A DNA stretch of 64,000 bases from NCBI GenBank assembly GCA_018971045.1, contig JAGWVF010000002.1, positions 65,133-129,132 of the forward strand. The letters run 5' to 3'. The translations under genes and the position numbers were made by a program. The notes under the pieces were generated by a model that did no database searches, was not told the DNA's origin, and saw nothing but the letters and a program-made list of their open reading frames with translations. Below, in pieces: positions 46,477 through 55,740 of the stretch (within the stretch, counting starts at the first letter, position 1; each line of letters starts with the position of its first letter). This DNA comes from Patescibacteria group bacterium (lineage in GTDB: Bacteria; Patescibacteriota; Minisyncoccia; Phycocordibacterales; Phycocordibacteraceae).

Positions 46477-47190
46477 ATGACCGTCCTCATAATCGCGTTC
46501 GCCGCCTCGGCGGCAACCTTTATCGGAGGGAGTTTCGCCCTGCGCTTCCGCGACAAACTCCACCTCATTCTCGGTTTTTCGGCTGGCGCAGTCGCGGGCG
46601 TTGCGCTCTTTGATCTTTTGCCCGAGGCGATTTCGCTCGGCTCACAGTATCATTCCGCTGAGACGGTGGCGCTCGGCATCGCCGCCGGCCTTTTCGGGTA
46701 CCTGATTCTTGATCGGCTTATTCTGCTCCACTCGCATGAAGAAGATGAAGCGGCGAGTACGCCTCGCGGATTTCTCGGAGCGCTCACGCTCTCCACGCAC
46801 AGCTTTCTCGACGGTATCGCGATCGGCGTCGGGTTCCAGGCGACCACGGCGATCGGGATTATCGTAGCCGCCGCGGTGCTGACGCATGATTTCTCCGATG
46901 GCATCAACACGGTCAATCTGGTGTTGCGCAATGGCGGGACATGGAAGGCGGCTCTGCGCTGGCTCGCGGTTGACGCCGCGGCGCCGTTTCTCGGCGCCGC
47001 GGCGACGCTTTTCTTTCATATTTCCGAATCGGCGATCGGGCTCGTGCTTGCCGTTTTCGTCGGTTCTTTCCTCTATCTCGCGGCGAGCGATCTTATTCCC
47101 GAGAGCCACCATCGCCATCCTCGCGCGCTCACGACCGTCATGACGCTCTTTGGCGCACTGGTGATTTATATCGTGGTTCACGTGGTATAA
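46477..47190 (+). CDS. ZIP-family divalent metal transporter (ZupT-like)
   Basis: Multi-TM protein with His-rich loop HSHEEDE and ZIP signature HSFLDGIAIG. The start is taken at the in-frame ATG; a GTG at 46462 abuts the hairpin. Confidence 0.8.
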   Translation: MTVLIIAFAASAATFIGGSFALRFRDKLHLILGFSAGAVAGVALFDLLPEAISLGSQYHSAETVALGIAAGLFGYLILDRLILLHSHEEDEAASTPRGFLGALTLSTHSFLDGIAIGVGFQATTAIGIIVAAAVLTHDFSDGINTVNLVLRNGGTWKAALRWLAVDAAAPFLGAAATLFFHISESAIGLVLAVFVGSFLYLAASDLIPESHHRHPRALTTVMTLFGALVIYIVVHVV

Positions 47191-47200
47191 TACGAAGCGT

Positions 47201-47536
47201 ATGAAACTATTTTTCCACTGGTTCGTCGCGGCGTTGACTATCCTCATCGCCGCATACATTGTTCCGAACGTGTCGGTAACGCTCGCGGGAGCGGCGATAG
47301 CGGCGGTAGTTCTCGGGGCGCTCAACCTTTTCATTCGCCCGATCCTTATGATATTGACGCTGCCTATTACGATTGTAACGCTCGGCCTCTTCTCGATCGT
47401 GATTAACGCGGTGCTCGTTATGCTCGCGTCGCTCGTAGTTCCCGGCTTTTTCGTCGGCGGATTCGGGACGGCGCTCCTCTTTGCGTTCACGCTTTCGGTG
47501 ATCAACTGGGTATTCCATCGGTGGGCGACATTTTAA
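47201..47536 (+). CDS. 4-TM phage-holin-family / DUF360-like membrane protein
   Basis: 111 aa. Four TM helices with the small-holin IV (YvlD-like) pattern. Confidence 0.5.
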   Translation: MKLFFHWFVAALTILIAAYIVPNVSVTLAGAAIAAVVLGALNLFIRPILMILTLPITIVTLGLFSIVINAVLVMLASLVVPGFFVGGFGTALLFAFTLSVINWVFHRWATF

Positions 47537-47537
47537 T

Positions 47538-47741
47538 ATGATCGATCCTGAACTTGCCGCGAAGCTTGACGAGATCGGCGCGAAGGCCGACCGAGCGTAC
47601 CAGGCCGCCGAGAAGGTGCGGAAGTACCTCTTTTGGGCCGGCGTCATCAGTATCGCGCTCTTCGTCATTCCCGCCGTCGGCCTCGCCTTCGTCATTCCGA
47701 AATTCATCGCCGCCTATTCGACCACGCTCGGGGGAATCTGA
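47538..47741 (+). CDS. small membrane protein (hypothetical)
   Basis: 67 aa. Amphipathic N-terminus plus one TM helix. 1-nt spacing from the upstream gene. Confidence 0.4.
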   Translation: MIDPELAAKLDEIGAKADRAYQAAEKVRKYLFWAGVISIALFVIPAVGLAFVIPKFIAAYSTTLGGI

Positions 47742-48359
47742 CTAAATCGCGCGTTTCCCGCGGATGATGTTGAAGAGAATCGGAAAGAAAGAAACAATGA
47801 TAATTACGAGAGAAAGGGGGAGAACGTAATGCTCACTGTTCGGAAGAAGCGAACCCAAGGTGTAGCCGAGGAGTACCATCCCGGCTCCCCAGAGACAGCC
47901 GCCGATAATATTAAAGAAGAGGAATTTCTTATATGTCATCGAACCGATGCCGGCGAGTATGGGAGCAATCGTGCGTACGATGGGGACGAAACGCGCGAGA
48001 ATAACCGCCCGCCCGCCGTAGTTCTCGTAGAACCGTTCGGTTCGTCTCAGATACTCGCGCTTAAAGAAGAAAGAGTCTTTTCTGGAGAAGAAATTTACCC
48101 CGACATTGGCGCCGAACCAGTAGCCGACTGAGTCGCCTATAATAGCGGCTGCGGCGACAAAGAGGGTAAGAGGAAGGATAGCGAGCGTCCCGTTCGAGGA
48201 GAGAAGTCCGGCCGCGAAGAGGAGCGAATCGCCGGGAAGGAAGATGCCGAAGAGCAATCCGCTCTCCGCGAAGATAAGGAACGCGATGCCGACGTAACCG
48301 CCGGTTCGGATCATCGCGATCGGATCAAGATTCACGCAAGCGGAAAGAAAATTCAACAC
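47742..48359 (-). CDS. DedA-family membrane protein
   Basis: 205 aa. DedA/SNARE-associated signature (FAESGLLFGIFLPGDSLLF). Confidence 0.8.
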   Translation of the reverse strand: MLNFLSACVNLDPIAMIRTGGYVGIAFLIFAESGLLFGIFLPGDSLLFAAGLLSSNGTLAILPLTLFVAAAAIIGDSVGYWFGANVGVNFFSRKDSFFFKREYLRRTERFYENYGGRAVILARFVPIVRTIAPILAGIGSMTYKKFLFFNIIGGCLWGAGMVLLGYTLGSLLPNSEHYVLPLSLVIIIVSFFPILFNIIRGKRAI

Positions 48360-48427
48360 CCCCGTATTTTATCAGATAGAAAACAAGACGGGCGCCAGAG
48401 TTATCCGGCGCCCGCGAGAATGATTGT

Positions 48428-48949
48428 CTATCTGGGGACGAGCTTCAAAAACAAATCGGCAAACGCCTGCTCGGAGCGGAACACGGTTTCGGCGCGTTCT
48501 GCCTGCCGGATATCGCGATCGCGCCTCTCTTCGAGCGATCGTTCGAAATGCTTTTTCCAGAACCCGGGCGTATCGTCGCCGCCAAGCCGCTGCTTCGGGA
48601 AATCATGTTCGGATTCGCGGCAGTGATGCCCGGCCCAGAGTAGCTTCACGGCAAGCTTTCCGTCCTCGTCCGCCACTGGGAACCCCCGCTCGTCGACGAT
48701 AGCCGTCGGAGAGGTGATTTGGACCCAAAGACATCCTGGTGCTGGCGTGGCAACGTGACTCAAGACGCGAGAATAGCGGATTGCGTATAATCCTTTGAGG
48801 GCATTCGCAACCCAGCCGCTGTTTGGAGGCGCTTGCGACGCGTTGTCGACGAACCGCAGCGTATTCTCGATGAGAATGATTCTGTTCGTCGGCCGCCCGG
48901 GACTCCTTCCGCGAGGCAAGTAGCGATGATCGTCATACCATAGGATCAT
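48428..48949 (-). CDS. hypothetical protein (173 aa)
   Basis: Start trimmed to the ATG that lies 6 nt after GGAG (MILWYDDHRYLP). No recognisable domain. Transcribed divergently from the ATPase gene. Confidence 0.5.
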   Translation of the reverse strand: MILWYDDHRYLPRGRSPGRPTNRIILIENTLRFVDNASQAPPNSGWVANALKGLYAIRYSRVLSHVATPAPGCLWVQITSPTAIVDERGFPVADEDGKLAVKLLWAGHHCRESEHDFPKQRLGGDDTPGFWKKHFERSLEERRDRDIRQAERAETVFRSEQAFADLFLKLVPR

Positions 48950-49072
48950 AATGCACTCCAATGTACACGCGCGGATCCCCCACGCAAGGATGCTTATCAA
49001 GGGCAATAAGCCTGATATGAAATTATCATGTCGATGTGATTAGTCAAAAATTAATATCGTATACTGTGGAGT

Positions 49073-51847
49073 ATGGAATCTTCGCCGAAGCTCTCGACGC
49101 CTGAAGAAGAACTCTCGTATTTGCGCGAACAGGTGCTCCGCAAGGAGCGCGAGATAGCCCTTCAAACGGGGATCGAGAACACTAGCCCGGAACGCGAGCG
49201 GATCATCAGGGAACAGGTGCGCGCGCACCAAACGGCGCCTGCCGAAGCGTTCTCGCCCGAATATCATCTGAATGAAGCGACCCAAGCGGCGGCGGCGGAC
49301 GCGATTCTCGCCGAACTTGAACTTGGAAGTGGCGAGGAAGCGATCAAGAGCCTACAGAAAATCCTCGAGGAAAAGGGAATCAGGAACGCTCTCGCCGTCG
49401 CCGAGAAGATGCGCGATCCTCACGCAACCGACGACTTCCATCGCTATTTGGTGCGTTATGTCGCCGCCGGCCTGCCGATGCATGAAGGAGACGAGAAGGC
49501 GCCGCGCTTCCGGTCGCTTCATATGACGCTCTACGAGATCGCGCTTCCCGAGCCGAAGGCGGTCGAGCAGGGAGGACGGCAGAAGACTCTCAAAGAACTT
49601 ATTTCGGGCATGGAGCAGTTGTATGCCGGCCTCCTCTCGATCGAGGACGCTCTGCCGGGCGAACCGACGTACTATGCGCTCGAGCTCGCGGTGCCGGCAC
49701 ACAGTCCCGAATTGCAATTTTACGCCGCCATCCCGAATACGAAGAAGAATCTTTTTGAAAAACAGCTCCTCGCCGTCTTTCCCGGTGCGCGTCTGGTGCC
49801 TCAGCCGTACGATTACAACGTATTCGTTTCGAACGGTACGACGCTCGCCTCGGTCGCCGCGCTCGCAGAAAATCCGGCGCTCCCGTTGAAGGATTACGCT
49901 GATTTCGACCACGATCCTTTGAACGCGCTTATCAATGCTTTCGCTAAAATCGAGAACACCGGCGAGGGCGCCGCGCTCCAGATCATCATCGAGCCGCGCG
50001 CCGATCGGCACATGAAGCATTATCAAAAGATCCTGCAGGCGCTTCGCAAAGGCGAGAGACATGATGTGGCGTTCAAGACGCCCGAGACGATCATTGGTGA
50101 AATCGGGCGCGATTTCTCCCGCATCCTATTCTCGAATAAACCGAAGGACGTACAGAAGGCTAAAGAGGCCGAGACGCGCCAGATCGAAGCGAATAAGACC
50201 GCTATCGAGCAAGTCGAGAAGAAGATCGCGATGCCGATCGTCGGAGCCACGATCCGAGTCGTCGCGTCCTCGCACGACGCGCATACGGCGGCGCGGATCC
50301 TCGACGAGATCGAGTCGACCTTTCATCAGTTCGGAAATACGCAAGGGAATCATATCGAGTTCGCGCGCGCTACGGATCGAAGTGCGCAAGCGGTATTTGA
50401 CGCATTTTCCTTCCGTCTTCCGTCATCCGACGCGCTCCCGCTCTCCCTGCGCGAACTGACGACGATCTACCATTTTCCTCCATCGGGAATGGAGTCATCG
50501 CCGCATCTCCGGCAGGAGCGCTTCACGCACGCGCCGGCGCCGATCTCTCTGCCGCAGACAGGCGTACTGCTTGGCATTAATAATTATCGAGGGAAAGAGA
50601 CGCGTGTCTGCCTCGATCCTGAAGATCGCCTCCGTCATCTCTACGTCATCGGCCAAACCGGCACCGGGAAGACCGGACTCTTGAAGTCGATGATTCAACA
50701 AGACATTATGCGCGGGGAGGGATGCTGTTTTATTGATCCGCACGGCACCGACATTCTCGACATCCTCGCGATGGTGCCGCCTGCGCGTTACAAGGACGTT
50801 ATCTATTTCGACCCCGCCGATCTCTCGAGGCCGTTTGCGCTCAACTTCCTCGAGTATGACCTCTCGCGTCCGGAGCAGAAGACCTTCATCGTCAACGAAC
50901 TCCTCATGATCTTTCGCCGTCTCTACGGCGACGTTCCCGAGAGCATGGGGCCGGCGTTCGAGCAATACTTCCGCAACGCGACGCAACTCGTGATGGAGGA
51001 CCCGGCGAGCGGTTCCACCATCCTCGATATCGCGCGCGTTCTCTCAAATAGTGAATTTCGGCGGATGAAGCTCGCGAAAAGTATGAACCCGATCGTCAAC
51101 CAATTCTGGAACGAGATCGCGACTAAAGCTGGTGGCGAAGCATCGCTTGAAAATGTGGTGCCCCATATCACCAACAAGTTCGATGATTTCACCGCAAACG
51201 ACTTCATCCGGCCGATCGTCGGACAACAGCACTCCTCTTTTAATTTCCGCGAGGTGATGGATTCGAAGAAGATCCTACTCGTTAATCTCTCGAAGGGCCG
51301 CTTGGGCGAGAAGAACGCCAATCTTCTCGGACTCATCATCGTCGGTAAGCTCTTTATGGCGGCGCTTTCGCGCGCCGACTCGCCTCGCGCTCATTTTCCG
51401 CCTTTTTATCTCTATATTGACGAATTCCACAATGTAACGACCGATTCGATCCCCGGCATCCTCTCGGAAGCGCGCAAATATAAGCTTGCGCTCTCCGTGG
51501 CACATCAGTTCCTTAATCAGGTCGAGGAAGCGACGCGCCAAGCCGTGTTCGGCAACGTCGGCAATATGGCGATATTCCGCATCGGCGAAGAAGACGCGGA
51601 ATTTTTCGAAAAGCAGTTCGCGCCCGTCTTTACCGCGCTTGATTTCGTGAATATCGAGAATCGCAATGCGTACGTGAAGATTCTCGCGAAAGGCGTCCCG
51701 CAAAAGCCGTTTGATATGCGAACGCCGGATACGCCCGCCGGAAATCCCGAGCAGATCGACGATCTTATTCAACTCTCATCGCTCACTTACGGCCGCGATC
51801 GTGCTACAGTGGAGACTATGATCCGCGAACGGTATCTTACGCACTGA
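49073..51847 (+). CDS. P-loop NTPase of the TraD/TrwB/VirD4 coupling-protein or HerA/FtsK-like clade, with large N-terminal domain of unknown function
   Basis: 924 aa. Walker A GQTGTGKTG, Walker B YLYIDEFHN, sensor-like SVAHQ. A ~400-aa N-terminal non-ATPase domain is paralogous to the 7956-9317 protein. No TM helices. Confidence 0.75.
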   Translation: MESSPKLSTPEEELSYLREQVLRKEREIALQTGIENTSPERERIIREQVRAHQTAPAEAFSPEYHLNEATQAAAADAILAELELGSGEEAIKSLQKILEEKGIRNALAVAEKMRDPHATDDFHRYLVRYVAAGLPMHEGDEKAPRFRSLHMTLYEIALPEPKAVEQGGRQKTLKELISGMEQLYAGLLSIEDALPGEPTYYALELAVPAHSPELQFYAAIPNTKKNLFEKQLLAVFPGARLVPQPYDYNVFVSNGTTLASVAALAENPALPLKDYADFDHDPLNALINAFAKIENTGEGAALQIIIEPRADRHMKHYQKILQALRKGERHDVAFKTPETIIGEIGRDFSRILFSNKPKDVQKAKEAETRQIEANKTAIEQVEKKIAMPIVGATIRVVASSHDAHTAARILDEIESTFHQFGNTQGNHIEFARATDRSAQAVFDAFSFRLPSSDALPLSLRELTTIYHFPPSGMESSPHLRQERFTHAPAPISLPQTGVLLGINNYRGKETRVCLDPEDRLRHLYVIGQTGTGKTGLLKSMIQQDIMRGEGCCFIDPHGTDILDILAMVPPARYKDVIYFDPADLSRPFALNFLEYDLSRPEQKTFIVNELLMIFRRLYGDVPESMGPAFEQYFRNATQLVMEDPASGSTILDIARVLSNSEFRRMKLAKSMNPIVNQFWNEIATKAGGEASLENVVPHITNKFDDFTANDFIRPIVGQQHSSFNFREVMDSKKILLVNLSKGRLGEKNANLLGLIIVGKLFMAALSRADSPRAHFPPFYLYIDEFHNVTTDSIPGILSEARKYKLALSVAHQFLNQVEEATRQAVFGNVGNMAIFRIGEEDAEFFEKQFAPVFTALDFVNIENRNAYVKILAKGVPQKPFDMRTPDTPAGNPEQIDDLIQLSSLTYGRDRATVETMIRERYLTH

Positions 51848-51850
51848 CGT

Positions 51851-53611
51851 ATGGCATCTCCCGAACAACTTGGACGCCGGACAAATGGTCCGGAAAAAAT
51901 CGAAACCACGTTACCCGCATCACCGTCCGATGATCTGACAGGGACAGATCGCGACGATTTTATTGCGGCGCTTAAAAAATTACGATCGCGCGCCCTCGAA
52001 GACGGAGATTACCAGAAAATGTTTGCAATTGAAAACAGGCTCTGGGGAAAGGGTGGAATTGATGAAAAAGCGCTTTTGGGGAAGGAAGGGATTGACGAAG
52101 GAAGCGCCACGAGCCAGCCGCACGAGGAAGTCAAAAAAGATCCAGGTGAATTTCCAGCTTCAGTGGAAGCCGACGTGGATCCTTTTGCGGAAGATGAAGA
52201 TATGAGCGGGACGCCCGACGGGACGAGAGAATGGAGTGCGCGATGGAGAGGGAAACTGCGCAGTATCGTCGAGGGTTCAAAGGAACTGGTCGGCGGGTTG
52301 AGCGAGCGCGGCGCGCGCCTCTCCGAATATCTGAAGAATCGTTCAGTTGAAATAGACGCGAAAGCGGAAATGAGTAAATTGGAAAGAGGCTTTCGATGGA
52401 TGGGCGAGCGGTACGACAAGCTGGGATGGAAGTCGAAGGTCGCGATCGGCGCGAGTCTTGGCATCGGGGCAGGCGCCGCCTCCGCCATTTCTCTTCCCGT
52501 AGCGCTTGCGCTGACCGGAGGCATCGCGGCACAGCGGGTGTTTGGATTGGCAAGCGCGTTCACGAAGCTCGAGAAGCGGTATCAAGACAAGGAATCCGGC
52601 GGGTTTTTCGCGAAGAAAGAGAGGGCGATGGGGAAGGCGATGGTTCACGCGGCCTTCATGACGGGTGTGATGCTCGCCGTGGCCGAGGGGGCGAAAGAGG
52701 TTACCGAATACGCGAGAGAGCATCAGTTGACCGAGAGATTGCTGGAGTGGCTGAGGCATTCTCACTCCCTCGATCACTCCGCGCCGCCAACAGCGGCGCA
52801 TCCCGCGCCCGTTCTCGAAATGAATGCGCCCGCGAGCGGCAACCTCATGCCCGAGGTGTCGGTCGAGGCTTCTTCGAGAGGCTACGAAGGAATGACCAGG
52901 CACTTGTGGGAGCGATTGCAGGAACAGCATCTCGACCCGAGCAAGTTTCCTGAAGGGAGCGATATCCGCAGGCTTTTGGAGGCCGACGCGCATTCGATCG
53001 GAAAGGTCGCGCATCAGATCGCGAGCGATCCGTCGCACGGCTTCTTCAAGCCTGACGGTACGAGCGTCGTCGTCCCCGAGTCGGCGCATATGACCATCGG
53101 CGCTGACGGGCAACTGCATATGAGTGATTCGGCCCTTCCCGGAGGCTTTGTGCACGCGCCCGAGAACGCGGCCGTAACCGAAGGGTCTCAGCATCATTAT
53201 GAATGGGAGAATGAGCCGGTGAGAACGACCGTTGAACCAGTCCCAAGCGATACTCCCGCGTACGACGTTCCGCAAAATACGACGCCGGAGTCCGCTCCGT
53301 TCCAGACGCCCGACTCGCTTATCGAAACGCCTACACCCGACGCGCATATTTATAGCGGCTTAGACGGAGGCCGGCCGATCGCATTCGGCGGGACGCCAGA
53401 GAAGCTTCACGCGGCGATCACGGAGTATCTGAAGCAAAATCCGGGGAAGGGCATTGTCGGCAACGATGATGCGGGAGCGCATCGCGTTCTTTGGCATCTG
53501 GTTGACGACAAACTCACTTCGAGCGCCCCCTTGCGGGAAAAAATCTTCGGCCTCTTTTCGAGAACGCTCCCGCCGTTCGGCCCCGATGATTTCAGAAATA
53601 TTATCACCTAG
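51851..53611 (+). CDS. hypothetical membrane protein (586 aa), translationally coupled to the ATPase
   Basis: Starts 3 nt after the ATPase stop. Acidic N-terminal region, two central TM helices (AIGASLGIGAGAASAISLPVALALTGGIAA and AMVHAAFMTGVMLAVAEGA), His/Pro-rich C-terminal half. Confidence 0.6.
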   Translation: MASPEQLGRRTNGPEKIETTLPASPSDDLTGTDRDDFIAALKKLRSRALEDGDYQKMFAIENRLWGKGGIDEKALLGKEGIDEGSATSQPHEEVKKDPGEFPASVEADVDPFAEDEDMSGTPDGTREWSARWRGKLRSIVEGSKELVGGLSERGARLSEYLKNRSVEIDAKAEMSKLERGFRWMGERYDKLGWKSKVAIGASLGIGAGAASAISLPVALALTGGIAAQRVFGLASAFTKLEKRYQDKESGGFFAKKERAMGKAMVHAAFMTGVMLAVAEGAKEVTEYAREHQLTERLLEWLRHSHSLDHSAPPTAAHPAPVLEMNAPASGNLMPEVSVEASSRGYEGMTRHLWERLQEQHLDPSKFPEGSDIRRLLEADAHSIGKVAHQIASDPSHGFFKPDGTSVVVPESAHMTIGADGQLHMSDSALPGGFVHAPENAAVTEGSQHHYEWENEPVRTTVEPVPSDTPAYDVPQNTTPESAPFQTPDSLIETPTPDAHIYSGLDGGRPIAFGGTPEKLHAAITEYLKQNPGKGIVGNDDAGAHRVLWHLVDDKLTSSAPLREKIFGLFSRTLPPFGPDDFRNIIT

Positions 53612-53629
53612 TATGCTATCCTCTTCCTT

Positions 53630-53926
53630 ATGCACGACGAATTGACGGCCCTTATCGCCAAAGACCTCGGTATTGAATCACTGCCTCTTGATGATCAGAA
53701 GAATCTTATCGCGCAGTTCGGCGAAGTGGCGCTTAAGGCGGCGACACTCGCGGTAACGGAGAAGCTCTCGGCCGACAAGCAGGCGGAATTCATGAAGCTT
53801 GCCGAAGTCGGCGATGCGAAGGAGCTCAAAACGTTCCTCGATCGCGAAGTTCCCGATCACGAAGATATCGCTCAAGCCGCGGTCGCCGAGGAACTTAAGA
53901 AGTTTAAAGAATTTCAGACGCCGTAG
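53630..53926 (+). CDS. small acidic protein (hypothetical, 98 aa)
   Basis: No recognisable domain. Co-directional with the ATPase cluster. Confidence 0.45.
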   Translation: MHDELTALIAKDLGIESLPLDDQKNLIAQFGEVALKAATLAVTEKLSADKQAEFMKLAEVGDAKELKTFLDREVPDHEDIAQAAVAEELKKFKEFQTP

Positions 53927-53952
53927 TATACTGCCTACGTAACATTAAAATT

Positions 53953-54501
53953 ATGAAACCGACTCAAACTGGAATCGTTACCGCACTCGCGCTCACGGTC
54001 ATCGTTGTCTTTTTCGCCTTCCCGGGCCTGTCGCCGTTTAATCAGCCTCAGACTCAATCGCAAACCGCTGCGGCTGATCAGGCGCAAGATTTATCCACCA
54101 ATCCGCAGGCACAACCTGCGGCTACCACATCCGTTACCATGCCTACCGATACCCCCAAGATTACTCAGCTCATGATGAAGGATGAAGTCGTCGGAACCGG
54201 CAGTGCCGCCGCCGCGGGTGACACCGTTACCGTAAATTATGTCGGCGCGCTTACGAACGGCACGGTTTTCGACGCGTCCGCGAAGCATGGCTCGGACGGA
54301 TTCACCTTTACGCTCGGCGCCGGACAGGTGATCAAGGGTTGGGATCAGGGCATCGTTGGAATGAAAGTCGGCGGGAAGCGCATGCTCGCCATTCCCTCGG
54401 CGCTCGCGTACGGCAGTCAGGCAGTGGGCAATGTGATTCCGGCCAATTCCGATCTCATATTCGAGGTGGAACTTTTGAAGGTGGTCAAAGGGGCAAAATA
54501 A
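53953..54501 (+). CDS. FKBP-type peptidyl-prolyl cis-trans isomerase, membrane-anchored
   Basis: TM helix then FKBP domain (VTVNYVGALTNGTVFDAS...GAGQVIKGWDQGIVGMKVGGKRMLAIPSALAYG). Confidence 0.85.
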   Translation: MKPTQTGIVTALALTVIVVFFAFPGLSPFNQPQTQSQTAAADQAQDLSTNPQAQPAATTSVTMPTDTPKITQLMMKDEVVGTGSAAAAGDTVTVNYVGALTNGTVFDASAKHGSDGFTFTLGAGQVIKGWDQGIVGMKVGGKRMLAIPSALAYGSQAVGNVIPANSDLIFEVELLKVVKGAK

Positions 54502-54525
54502 ACAGCTATCTGCTAGGGTGAGGGG

Positions 54526-55740
54526 ATGAGCGCCCTGACATTTAAGATCGAAGCCCGCGCCGCTCAGCACGGCCGCGCGGGGGTACTCACGACGCCGCAC
54601 GGCAGTATCCGCACGCCCGCCTTTGTTCCGGTCGGTACCAAAGCAAACGTGAAGGGTATTCTACCGAGCCAAATGCTTGCGCTCGGCGCTCAGGCGGTGC
54701 TCGCGAATACGTATCATCTCTATCTCCAGCCGGGCGAGACGATCGTGAAGAGAGCGGGAGGTCTCGGCGAGTTTATGCGATGGCCGGGGCCGACGATGAC
54801 CGATTCGGGCGGATTTCAGGTGTTCTCGCTCGGCGCCGCCTTCGGAAAAACGATTTCAAAATTTACCGCCGGCGAGACTCCGGAAGAGGAGGCCGTCGCC
54901 ATCTATGATGAGAGCGTCGCCAGCCAGCACGGCCAACTTGCGGTTATCGACGACGAGGGCGTTACCTTTACCTCGCACCTCGACGGATCGCTCCATCGAT
55001 TCACTCCGGAGCGCTCGGTTGAGATCCAGCATGCGCTCGGCGCCGACCTCTTCTTCGCGTTTGATGAGTGCACCTCGCCGGTCGAGCCGTATGCCTATCA
55101 GCGCGAGGCGATGGACCGGACGCATCGCTGGGCCGCGCGTTCGCTTACGGCGCATCGGCAGGATCTCGACGCGAACAAGAAACAGGCGATATTCGGCATC
55201 GTGCAGGGCGGCCGATATGAAGATTTGCGCCGCGAGTCCGCTCGGGAGATCGCCTCGCTCGGCTTTGACGGCATCGGCATCGGCGGATCGTTTTCAAAGG
55301 AGGACATGCGCGGAGCGCTTCAAGCGGCCGTGGAAGAATTGCCCGTTGAGCTTCCGCGCCACTTCCTCGGCATCGGCGAACCGGGCGACCTTCTCGAGGG
55401 CATCATGCAGGGAATGGATCTTTTCGATTGCGTCGCGTCGACGCGGATCGGCCGGCACGGATCCGTTTACACGCGCCGCGGCATCATCCACCTGAAGAGC
55501 GAGAGATATCGCGATGATTTCTCGCCGATCGATCCGAGTTATGCGGCGCCGGGAACCGAGGGATTCACGCGCGCGTACGTGGCGCATCTGATCCGATCGA
55601 AAGAAATGCTCGGCTCGCAGATCTGTTCGATGCACAACATCGGCTTCATTCTTGCGCTTGTCGACGGCGCTCGCCAGGCTCTTCTTGAGGGGCGGTTCGA
55701 CGCGTACCGTTCGGACTTCATTCGCGACTACTATGGATAA
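54526..55740 (+). CDS. tgt: queuine tRNA-ribosyltransferase
   Basis: 404 aa. TGT motifs (TPAFVPVGT, DSGGFQV) and a C-terminal Zn site (C..C..C..H pattern near CSMHN). Confidence 0.9.
   Translation: MSALTFKIEARAAQHGRAGVLTTPHGSIRTPAFVPVGTKANVKGILPSQMLALGAQAVLANTYHLYLQPGETIVKRAGGLGEFMRWPGPTMTDSGGFQVFSLGAAFGKTISKFTAGETPEEEAVAIYDESVASQHGQLAVIDDEGVTFTSHLDGSLHRFTPERSVEIQHALGADLFFAFDECTSPVEPYAYQREAMDRTHRWAARSLTAHRQDLDANKKQAIFGIVQGGRYEDLRRESAREIASLGFDGIGIGGSFSKEDMRGALQAAVEELPVELPRHFLGIGEPGDLLEGIMQGMDLFDCVASTRIGRHGSVYTRRGIIHLKSERYRDDFSPIDPSYAAPGTEGFTRAYVAHLIRSKEMLGSQICSMHNIGFILALVDGARQALLEGRFDAYRSDFIRDYYG

Noticed and set aside
55652-55732. N-terminal extension of uvrB into the tgt coding region
   Set aside because: The UvrB homology starts at MDNFKLH. 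A classic ATGGATAA stop/start overlap with tgt supports 55733.
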